Source: an uncultured virus (IMG/VR IMGVR_UViG_3300021085_000013) (Duplodnaviria; Heunggongvirae; Uroviricota; Caudoviricetes). From it: a DNA stretch of 54,899 bases. The notes beneath the pieces were generated by a model. The model worked only from the letters and a program-made list of their open reading frames with translations. It ran no database searches and was not told the origin of the DNA. Position 1 is the stretch's first letter; each line of letters opens with the position of its first letter. The translations under genes were made by a program, and so were the position numbers. Positions 47,801 through 54,899 of the stretch are shown here, one piece after another. The DNA lies in IMG/VR virus record IMGVR_UViG_3300021085_000013, positions 62,001 through 116,899 of that record, one strand, 5' to 3'.

Positions 47801-49674
47801 TATTTTACTTTTTCTAATTTAGTTACTTTTTTTTCAATTCCTGATTTTTCAGTGTATGTTTCGTTAGCAACTCCTTCTTCTTCTCCATATCTTGACTCTG
47901 CCGATATAGGATATTCAGGACTTTCATTATATGCCCAATCTTCTATTCCTAATTCAATAAATCTTGCGTTTATTTGTTTATTATAATATTGTGCTATTGT
48001 TCTAACTCTTCTTTGAATGTCTGCTCTTGATAAATCATGGGTGTTTCTTCCACCCTGATTATTATAGAGAAATTGAATATAGCTTAGTTTAGGTATTTTA
48101 CATATCTTAGAATATAGGAAGCTTCTAATCACTAATTCAAAATCATCTGCAATTGTTAGACTTCTGTTATGTCCTCCTATTTCAAAATAAGTAGATCTTC
48201 TCCATGCTCTAACGTGATTTGGAACTCCTACAATATGTCTGATTGTTTTTGGATTAATATTCTGTTGATTAGCCGGTGACAACATTCTACCTTCATACTC
48301 TTCTTCTCTATAAGAACCATATCCTAATGCAAACCCTTCTCCATATCTTTGATTTTCCCACTCTTCATTTACCTCGGCAGTATCTCCATAAAACATACCA
48401 CAATCAGGATGTGCCTGTGCAGCATTATGTAAATCTTCTGCACATGTTTTAACCAATAAGTCATCATGGTCTAATTCTGCTAGAATATATCCTTTAGCAA
48501 GAGAACAACATCTGTATTTAGATTCTCCAATACATCCTCCTGATTTTTCTCTAAAATCATACACCTTTACTCTTGGATCTACTAGCGCAATTTCCTCTGC
48601 TATCTTTAAAGTTTTACCTCCATCTGTGGAATCATTTACTAAAACCCATTCCCAGTTATTATACGTCTGATCTCTTACGGATCTATATGTGTTCCATAAC
48701 TTTTCACCAGTATTATATATAGGCGTAAAGAATGAAATCATCTGATCATCTTCTAGGTTAGAAGGAGATAGAATAGAATTCATTGCTACGGAATATGCGG
48801 TGTTTCCTATATTTTCCGTGTTCTCAGAATTAAACCACCTTTTTCTAAATTGAAGAGGAAGAGAAGCTAGGTTAGGAAACTCTTTCCATGATTCTCCATT
48901 TGTAATAATTGCGTCAGGATTAAACGACGTAACTGTGTTAATTACTTCACTATCGTCTTCTAAGTATTTAACGTCTAATTCATCCGCTTCATACGATAAA
49001 TATTTTATAGACTTTAATTCTGGCTTAGTTTTTCCTATATAAATTATTTTAGGTATTTTTGCACTTGGTACTTTTTCTAAATAATTGTAGTGGCATAAAA
49101 CCTTGTCAATCCATACGAATGAATCACCGTGTGTTTTTAATACTTCTTCTATAAAGAAACCGTCTGCTGCATAATTTGCACTAAATGAATGAGTATCAAA
49201 TATGCTTCTATTAATAACCATCTGTGCAATGTCAATTTTCTGAAAGGCAGTATTTTCACGACTAGCTACTCTAATTTCTTGTCCGGTAAAATCTCTACCT
49301 GCAACTAATTGAGAAACGATATGAACCTGTGCAACTGGAAGATTCTTTATACTCGCTTTAATAGTTTTGTAAAAGTCTTCGTGTATAATGTTATCATCAT
49401 CCAGTAAATAGATCCAACCTGATTTGATTGTTCTAATAATATCAGAAACTTCAGGATATAATAATCCTCCTCTTTGTCCTTTTACAAAATGTAATTTGAC
49501 ATTAACAGTATCTGTTAAGTTCGAGAGAACCTCTGCATCAATATCCTTTAATGCTCCTGTATCAAATACAATGTGCCAATTTACTGTTACTCCCTTAGGC
49601 GCATTTAATACTCCTTCTTTAATTGTTAAAAGGTTACTTGTTCTGGTACACCTTGTAATAATATTAATCTTCAT
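47800..49674 (-). CDS. Bifunctional glycosyltransferase with two GT-A/GT2 domains
   Basis: N-domain IITRCTR..YLLDDDN..ADGFFI. C-domain FTPIYN..SV..QTY.NWEWVLVNDSTD..ELDHDD..ADDFEL. Confidence 0.85.
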   Translation of the reverse strand: MKINIITRCTRTSNLLTIKEGVLNAPKGVTVNWHIVFDTGALKDIDAEVLSNLTDTVNVKLHFVKGQRGGLLYPEVSDIIRTIKSGWIYLLDDDNIIHEDFYKTIKASIKNLPVAQVHIVSQLVAGRDFTGQEIRVASRENTAFQKIDIAQMVINRSIFDTHSFSANYAADGFFIEEVLKTHGDSFVWIDKVLCHYNYLEKVPSAKIPKIIYIGKTKPELKSIKYLSYEADELDVKYLEDDSEVINTVTSFNPDAIITNGESWKEFPNLASLPLQFRKRWFNSENTENIGNTAYSVAMNSILSPSNLEDDQMISFFTPIYNTGEKLWNTYRSVRDQTYNNWEWVLVNDSTDGGKTLKIAEEIALVDPRVKVYDFREKSGGCIGESKYRCCSLAKGYILAELDHDDLLVKTCAEDLHNAAQAHPDCGMFYGDTAEVNEEWENQRYGEGFALGYGSYREEEYEGRMLSPANQQNINPKTIRHIVGVPNHVRAWRRSTYFEIGGHNRSLTIADDFELVIRSFLYSKICKIPKLSYIQFLYNNQGGRNTHDLSRADIQRRVRTIAQYYNKQINARFIELGIEDWAYNESPEYPISAESRYGEEEGVANETYTEKSGIEKKVTKLEKVK

Positions 49675-49689
49675 ATTTATATTTGTTTT

Positions 49690-50622
49690 TTATACGTCAA
49701 AAAAGAACATGTGAAAAAATCTAGCATTGTCAATTGCATCTCCAAAATACTGAGTCGCAGCGTGGATATTTTTAGCATTAAACAAGACTAATCTATTATA
49801 CACATTTCCTACTTCATCTATTTTTTCAAAATTAGATCCATCGTAAAAATTCATTTCATTACTATTACCCTTGAATGCATCTATGTATGCTTGGGTTTTT
49901 CTTTTATCGTCATCGAATGTATAATCACCCGTGACTTTACTTCTATAGAACGCAGTTCCAGATGTAGGTGGAGCGTCAGGTGTTAAATATACCATTGCTG
50001 CATAAGTTTGATTATCTACGTGATAAACAATCTGCTGATCTGCTGTACAGAATTGAAATATTCCATTAGCATACCTGTCGTGATTCCAATTGAATATTGG
50101 TTTTCCTATAATTTCTTCTAGTTTTTCTTTAGTTCCATCTAAGATAAATCTTTCATTTGCTCTTTGGCCCTTGTGATAATCGGAAGGTGTAAATTCTAAA
50201 TGGTTCATTGCCCATTCTCTTACAAGGTCAGGATCATTATAAAAATTATCTACTACTATAACATCCTTTGATGTATTTGCAAAGCCTGAATGATACGATA
50301 ACCAGTGTCCGATTGGACCTATTGCAGTTTCTCCAATACTAGTATGGATGACTAGTGTTTTTAGTTTTTTATCAAAAGGAACCTCAATAGTAAATGACAT
50401 ATTCTGATTAGTAAGCTGATTTGAATATACTTCCATTACGTCTTGCCTATCACCTAAAAATTGAACTTTAAGAGGTTCATTTGACATTGAAAAGCCTAAA
50501 GCTTCTCCGCCTATTAATCCAACCCATCCATTAAGGGTATATGTTTCTGTGTTTTTAGTTACGCTTTCTACATAGAATTTTACATTCTTGTTAAACGTGT
50601 CATGTTTGATTTTATTATCCAT
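49690..50622 (-). CDS. 2OG-Fe(II) oxygenase (DUF6445-like) with extra N-terminal domain
   Basis: VVDNFY.DPD.VR, HVD, YLTPDAP..SGT.FY, NRLVLF....H, terminal R. HxD...H facial triad. Confidence 0.75.
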   Translation of the reverse strand: MDNKIKHDTFNKNVKFYVESVTKNTETYTLNGWVGLIGGEALGFSMSNEPLKVQFLGDRQDVMEVYSNQLTNQNMSFTIEVPFDKKLKTLVIHTSIGETAIGPIGHWLSYHSGFANTSKDVIVVDNFYNDPDLVREWAMNHLEFTPSDYHKGQRANERFILDGTKEKLEEIIGKPIFNWNHDRYANGIFQFCTADQQIVYHVDNQTYAAMVYLTPDAPPTSGTAFYRSKVTGDYTFDDDKRKTQAYIDAFKGNSNEMNFYDGSNFEKIDEVGNVYNRLVLFNAKNIHAATQYFGDAIDNARFFHMFFFDV

Positions 50623-50643
50623 TGATTGCGTTCTATAATATTA

Positions 50644-50712
50644 GTTATACTTAGATATTTTAAATTGTTTACTAAGTGTAATAAGATAATAAGTTATTAC
50701 AATCTATATATC
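50644..50712 (-). promoter_or_regulatory. Tandem putative promoters for the oxygenase/GT operon
   Basis: GATATATA at 50705-50712 and AAAC-N16-GTATAAC at 50644-50670. Confidence 0.6.
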
Positions 50713-50716
50713 ACAT

Positions 50717-50746
50717 AAAAAAAGGGTCCTCTTTCGAGGACCCTTT
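50717..50746 (-). terminator. Strong Rho-independent terminator after collagen fibre gene
   Basis: Minus strand AAAGGGTCCTC-GAAA-GAGGACCCTTTTTTT: perfect stem, GNRA loop, U tract. Confidence 0.9.
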
Positions 50747-50770
50747 CTAAAATTATCTTGATGATTTAAA

Positions 50771-53700
50771 TTAAGACTCTAAAGACTTAATTCTTGCTTC
50801 AAGTTCTCTAATAGCTTCGATTAAAAGACCGACCATTTTTTCATAGTCAACAGTTTTGTAAACTGTTCCGTCTTCTGCACCATCCATTAGTGGCATTTCA
50901 TGTTCTCTTACTAACATAGGTAATACCTCTTCTACTTCTTGGGCGATAAGACCTAGATCATGAAGACCTTTTCTGCTACCGCTATTCCAATCGTATTCAA
51001 CACCTCTTAACTGTAAGACTTTAGATAATGCTTCTTCAATAGTAGTCACGTTATCTTTAAGTCTCGCATCCGAGATAGAAGTTGAGTATGCAACAACATC
51101 ACCGTCAACGTGAAGGTTACCGTTACTGTATAATCTCATTTCTTCTGAGTTGTTAATGTAGAATTGTTGTAATGCACTACTGTTATTGTAGTACACATAT
51201 TCACCACCTGAGTTACCAACATACTGATTAGAATATAATCTGTAGTTAGACGTGTTAGGACCTACGGCACCTTGGTTACCCGTGTTACCTTTAGGACCAG
51301 TTGCACCAGTATAACCTTGAGCACCATTAGATCCATTAGATCCATTTGCACCAGTTAAACCTCTGTCACCTTTAGGACCCGTAGGACCAGTGTAACCTTG
51401 AGGACCTGTATTACCAGTTGTACCTTTAGGACCAGTTGAACCTGTAAGACCTTGGAAACCTTGATAACCTCTAGCACCAGTTGAACCAACAGTACCTTTA
51501 GGACCTGTAGGACCAGTGTAACCTTGAGGACCTCTAGCACCTGTGTCACCTTTAGTACCCTTAGCACCAGTTCCACCAGTTGGACCAACAGAACCTTGAG
51601 CACCAGTTGAACCAGTGTTACCTTTAGGACCTGTAGGACCAGTTGAACCAACATTACCTTTAGAACCAATAACACCTTGAGCACCTGTAGGACCAGTTGA
51701 ACCAACGTTACCTTTAGCACCTAGAGCACCTTGAGCACCTGTATTACCAGTGTTACCTTTAGGACCAGTTGAACCAACGTTACCTTTAACACCAATTATA
51801 CCTTGGAAACCTCTAGCACCACCAGCACCAGTAGAACCTTTAGGACCAACTGCACCAGTTGCACCTGTAAGACCTTGAGGACCAGTAGCACCTCTAGCAC
51901 CAGTTGCACCTTGAGCACCAGTATTACCTTTAACACCGATATCACCTTTAGTACCTTTAGCACCAGTTGAACCTGTAAAACCTTGGAAACCTTGATAACC
52001 TCTAGCACCTGTGTTACCAACGTTACCTTTAGGACCAATAGGACCAACAGAACCTTGATTACCAGTATTACCTTTAGTACCTTTAGCACCTACAGCACCT
52101 TGAGCACCAGTAGAACCATTAGAACCTTGAGAACCCGTGTTACCAACGTTACCTTTAACACCAATTATACCTTGGAAACCTCTAGCACCAGTTGAACCTG
52201 TAGAACCAACAGCACCTTGAGCACCAGTTGAACCTGTAGAACCTTTAGGACCCGTGTTACCAACGTTACCTTTGACACCAATTACACCTTGGAAACCTCT
52301 AGCACCAGTTGAACCTGTAGAACCTTTAGGACCAGTTGAACCAACATCACCTTTAAGACCAATGATACCTTGAATACCTTGATCACCTTTAGTACCTTTA
52401 GCACCAGTTCCACCAGTTGAACCTTGGAAACCTTGAGCACCTGTAGCACCTCTGTCACCTTTAGTACCTTTAACACCAGTTGCACCAGTTATACCTTGGA
52501 AACCTTGGAAACCTTGATCACCTTTAGCACCAACATTACCTTTAGTACCAGTTATACCTTGGAAACCTTGATTACCTTTAGCACCAACATCACCTTTAGT
52601 ACCTTTAGCACCAACTGTACCTTGAATACCTTGGAAACCTTGATCACCTTTAGCACCAACATTACCTTTAGTACCAGTTATACCTTGGAAACCTTGAGCA
52701 CCTGTAGCACCTCTATCACCTTTAGTACCTTTGATACCGATAACACCATTTGCACCTTGGAAACCTTGATCACCTTTAGTACCAACATTACCTTTAGCAC
52801 CAGTTATACCTTGGAAACCTTGATCACCTTTAGCACCTGTGTTACCAACGATACCTTGAATACCTCTGTCACCTTTAGCACCTTGAGCACCAGTGTTACC
52901 TTGATCACCTTTAGTACCAATGTTACCTTTAGCACCAGTTATACCTTGGAAACCTTGATCACCTTTAGCACCTGTGCTACCTTGTTTACCTTGTACACCA
53001 ATAATACCTTGTTCACCAGTATCACCTTTAGCACCTTGAGCACCTGTGTTACCAACAACACCTTTAGCACCAGTTATACCTTGGAAACCTTGATCACCTT
53101 TAGCACCTTTACCACCATCAGCTCCAGCAGCTCCAGTATTTCCTTGGAAACCTCTATCACCTTTGTCGCCTTTGTCGCCTTTTAAACCAACTTGACCTTG
53201 GAAACCTTGATCACCTTTAAGACCTTGCTCACCTCTGTCTCCATTGGCACCAGTTTTACCTTGAGCACCTTGAATACCTTGTTCACCAGTATCACCCTTA
53301 AGACCTTGGTAACCTAAATCACCTTTATCACCGGTTCTTGCGAACGTTACTATTAATTCTTCATTTGCTGAGAATACATTAGCTGCAGAAGCATATAATG
53401 TGTTACCAGTTACTTTGAAATATGTATTAATCTCCTGTAAAGAAGAGATTGTAAATAACATATATTGAGAAGAATCTAATTTATTAGAAATTCTAATATG
53501 ACCTTTAATTGTAGATGTAGAATCATCAATAGTTCTTAAGTATTGCTGAACGTCATTGTTAGTTGCATTTAAATCATCAATATTGATTTGTGTTGCACTT
53601 CCAGCAGCGTCAGTGTTAAGACTAATATATCCTGCACCCGGATCGCCTGCGGTACCAGAATTAAATTTATAGTAGAATGTTGCTCCACCAAAATTACCTT

Positions 53701-54899
53701 CAGGACCTTGGAAACCTTGATCACCTTTATCTCCTTTAATACCTCTATCACCTTTGTCACCTTTGAAACCTTGATCTCCTTGGTCACCTTTAGCTCCAGT
53801 TCTTCCTTGGAAGCCTCTTTCACCTGTATCACCTTTTAAACCAACATCTCCTTGGTCACCTTTAGCTCCAGTATCTCCTTGGTCACCGACTTTACCATCA
53901 ATACCTTGGAAACCTCTATCACCTTGATCACCTTTAAGACCTCTTTCTCCTTTGTCACCTTGGTCACCTTTGACACCAACGATACCTTGGAAACCTCTGT
54001 CACCTTTATCACCTTTAAGACCTCTGTCACCTTTAAGACCAGTATCTCCTTGGAAACCTTGGTCACCTTTAGCACCAGTATCACCTTGGTCACCTTTAGC
54101 ACCAGTATCTCCTTGGTCACCTTTAGTTCCAGTTATACCTTGGAAACCTTGATCACCTTTATCGCCTTTAAGACCTATATCACCTTTAAGACCAGTTTCA
54201 CCAGTATCTCCTTGATCACCTTTAGCTCCAGTATCTCCTTGGTCACCTTTAGTTCCAGTGTTTCCTTGGAAACCTTGAATACCTCTGTCACCTTTAAGAC
54301 CTGTTTCACCTTGTTCACCAGTGTCACCTTGATCACCTTTAAGACCTTGATCACCAGTTACACCTTGATCACCAGTTATACCTTGGAAACCTTGATCACC
54401 TTTAGTACCAACTTTACCGTCAATACCTTGATCACCTTTGTCACCTTTAAGACCAGTTTCACCATTAGCACCAGTATCTCCTTGATCACCTTTTAAACCG
54501 GTGTCACCTTGATCTCCTTTAAGACCAGTGTTTCCTTGGAAACCTTGAAGACCTCTGTCACCTTTAAGACCAGTTTCACCTTGTTCACCAGTTTCACCAG
54601 TTTCACCTTGAATACCTTGATCACCAGTTGCACCTTGATCACCAGTTATACCTTGGAAACCTTGATCACCTTTAGTACCAACTTTACCGTCAATACCTTG
54701 ATCACCTTTGTCACCTTTAAGACCAGTTTCACCATTAGCACCAGTATCTCCTTGATCACCTTTTAAACCGGTGTCACCTTGATCTCCTTTAAGACCAGTG
54801 TTTCCTTGGAAACCTTGAAGACCTCTGTCACCTTTAAGACCAGTTTCACCTTGTTCACCAGTTTCACCAGTTTCACCTTGAATACCTTGATCACCAGTT
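50771..54899 (-). CDS. Giant collagen-like fibre protein with C-terminal peptidase S74 chaperone domain, 5' end beyond window
   Basis: Frame read open upstream of the ORF-track start (53461) and still in Gly-X-Y register at the window end, giving >1370 codons. Gly-X-Y blocks at ~51258-53333 and ~53696-54899 are separated by a ~120-aa globular domain. C-terminal [37 protein letters not shown]. Confidence 0.9.
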   Translation of the reverse strand, partial: TGDQGIQGETGETGEQGETGLKGDRGLQGFQGNTGLKGDQGDTGLKGDQGDTGANGETGLKGDKGDQGIDGKVGTKGDQGFQGITGDQGATGDQGIQGETGETGEQGETGLKGDRGLQGFQGNTGLKGDQGDTGLKGDQGDTGANGETGLKGDKGDQGIDGKVGTKGDQGFQGITGDQGVTGDQGLKGDQGDTGEQGETGLKGDRGIQGFQGNTGTKGDQGDTGAKGDQGDTGETGLKGDIGLKGDKGDQGFQGITGTKGDQGDTGAKGDQGDTGAKGDQGFQGDTGLKGDRGLKGDKGDRGFQGIVGVKGDQGDKGERGLKGDQGDRGFQGIDGKVGDQGDTGAKGDQGDVGLKGDTGERGFQGRTGAKGDQGDQGFKGDKGDRGIKGDKGDQGFQGPEGNFGGATFYYKFNSGTAGDPGAGYISLNTDAAGSATQINIDDLNATNNDVQQYLRTIDDSTSTIKGHIRISNKLDSSQYMLFTISSLQEINTYFKVTGNTLYASAANVFSANEELIVTFARTGDKGDLGYQGLKGDTGEQGIQGAQGKTGANGDRGEQGLKGDQGFQGQVGLKGDKGDKGDRGFQGNTGAAGADGGKGAKGDQGFQGITGAKGVVGNTGAQGAKGDTGEQGIIGVQGKQGSTGAKGDQGFQGITGAKGNIGTKGDQGNTGAQGAKGDRGIQGIVGNTGAKGDQGFQGITGAKGNVGTKGDQGFQGANGVIGIKGTKGDRGATGAQGFQGITGTKGNVGAKGDQGFQGIQGTVGAKGTKGDVGAKGNQGFQGITGTKGNVGAKGDQGFQGFQGITGATGVKGTKGDRGATGAQGFQGSTGGTGAKGTKGDQGIQGIIGLKGDVGSTGPKGSTGSTGARGFQGVIGVKGNVGNTGPKGSTGSTGAQGAVGSTGSTGARGFQGIIGVKGNVGNTGSQGSNGSTGAQGAVGAKGTKGNTGNQGSVGPIGPKGNVGNTGARGYQGFQGFTGSTGAKGTKGDIGVKGNTGAQGATGARGATGPQGLTGATGAVGPKGSTGAGGARGFQGIIGVKGNVGSTGPKGNTGNTGAQGALGAKGNVGSTGPTGAQGVIGSKGNVGSTGPTGPKGNTGSTGAQGSVGPTGGTGAKGTKGDTGARGPQGYTGPTGPKGTVGSTGARGYQGFQGLTGSTGPKGTTGNTGPQGYTGPTGPKGDRGLTGANGSNGSNGAQGYTGATGPKGNTGNQGAVGPNTSNYRLYSNQYVGNSGGEYVYYNNSSALQQFYINNSEEMRLYSNGNLHVDGDVVAYSTSISDARLKDNVTTIEEALSKVLQLRGVEYDWNSGSRKGLHDLGLIAQEVEEVLPMLVREHEMPLMDGAEDGTVYKTVDYEKMVGLLIEAIRELEARIKSLES
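54361..54899. repeat. Exact 270-bp tandem duplication within the collagen gene
   Basis: 54361-54629 is identical to 54631-54899 by line-by-line comparison. Unit is 30 Gly-X-Y triplets. Confidence 0.9.

Noticed and set aside
896..49714. Short plus-strand ORFs in the ORF track (and minus-strand 13195-13377)
   Set aside because: They lie antisense to or inside well-supported minus-strand genes and show no recognisable motifs.
47183..50622. Oxygenase + GT cluster as DNA base hypermodification (TET/JBP + GT)
   Set aside because: Less favoured, not excluded: the enzyme carries PLOD-type rather than TET/JBP motifs, and the cluster abuts the collagen gene with no methylase or nucleotide kinase adjacent.
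53459..53461. ORF-track start of the collagen gene
   Set aside because: The frame stays open upstream in Gly-X-Y register; this is just an internal Met and the true start is outside the window.
51355..54766. Alternative-frame and antisense ORFs over the collagen gene (VLKV- and TF/ST-rich, SPWSPL)
   Set aside because: By-products of the periodic Gly-X-Y codon pattern, which lacks stops in other frames. No independent signals.
51258..54899. Repeats as CRISPR array or DGR template/variable repeat
   Set aside because: Repeats are in-frame coding with 9-nt periodicity, have no unique spacers, no adenine-specific variation was noticed, and no cas or reverse transcriptase gene is in the window.
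1..54899. Stop-codon reassignment as in some jumbo phages
   Set aside because: Genes tile densely in the standard code, and both TAG (e.g. 35950, 42122) and TGA (e.g. 23122) end genes at sensible points.
1..54899. Eukaryotic giant virus or bacterial contractile-injection locus
   Set aside because: gp13-like neck, T4-like baseplate genes, bacterial bS21/bS1, Rho-independent terminators and phage-type accessory genes indicate a tailed phage.
1..54899. tRNA, rRNA, intron or integrase
   Set aside because: None recognised by eye; intergenic gaps are short and explained by promoter/terminator motifs. A covariance-model scan was not run.

Overview
Segment of a large, AT-rich, T4-like (contractile-tail) bacteriophage genome. 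The host is most plausibly a Bacteroidota/Flavobacteriia bacterium, inferred from Bacteroidota-style bS21 and bS1 and the lack of obvious Shine-Dalgarno motifs. All credible genes are on the minus strand in the standard code. 1-30.6 kb is a virion module (tail fibre, large structural proteins, gp6/gp25/gp53/gp5/hub-like baseplate proteins, gp13-like neck) with an amidoligase and a four-domain ribosomal protein S1 homologue inserted. 30.6-47 kb is accessory: dCMP deaminase, UvsE, glutamine amidotransferase, GT2, RNase HII, PhoH, bS21, DnaJ, Hsp20, 3'-5' exonuclease, ATP-grasp ligase, three UVR-motif proteins and an unannotated ArfA-like peptide. 47.2-54.9 kb is the best candidate for a new system: a Lys-rich collagen fibre gene (>1370 aa, C-terminal S74 chaperone) directly followed by an operon of a 2OG-Fe(II) oxygenase, a two-domain glycosyltransferase and a PLOD-like lysyl hydroxylase, i.e. 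a putative phage collagen hydroxylation/glycosylation pathway. Three recurrent promoter-like motifs were read from the intergenic DNA, several only 4-6 nt from the ATG (suggesting leaderless mRNAs). Five proteins share a T4-like capsid-targeting N-terminus. All functional calls come from motif recognition by eye; no database searches were run.
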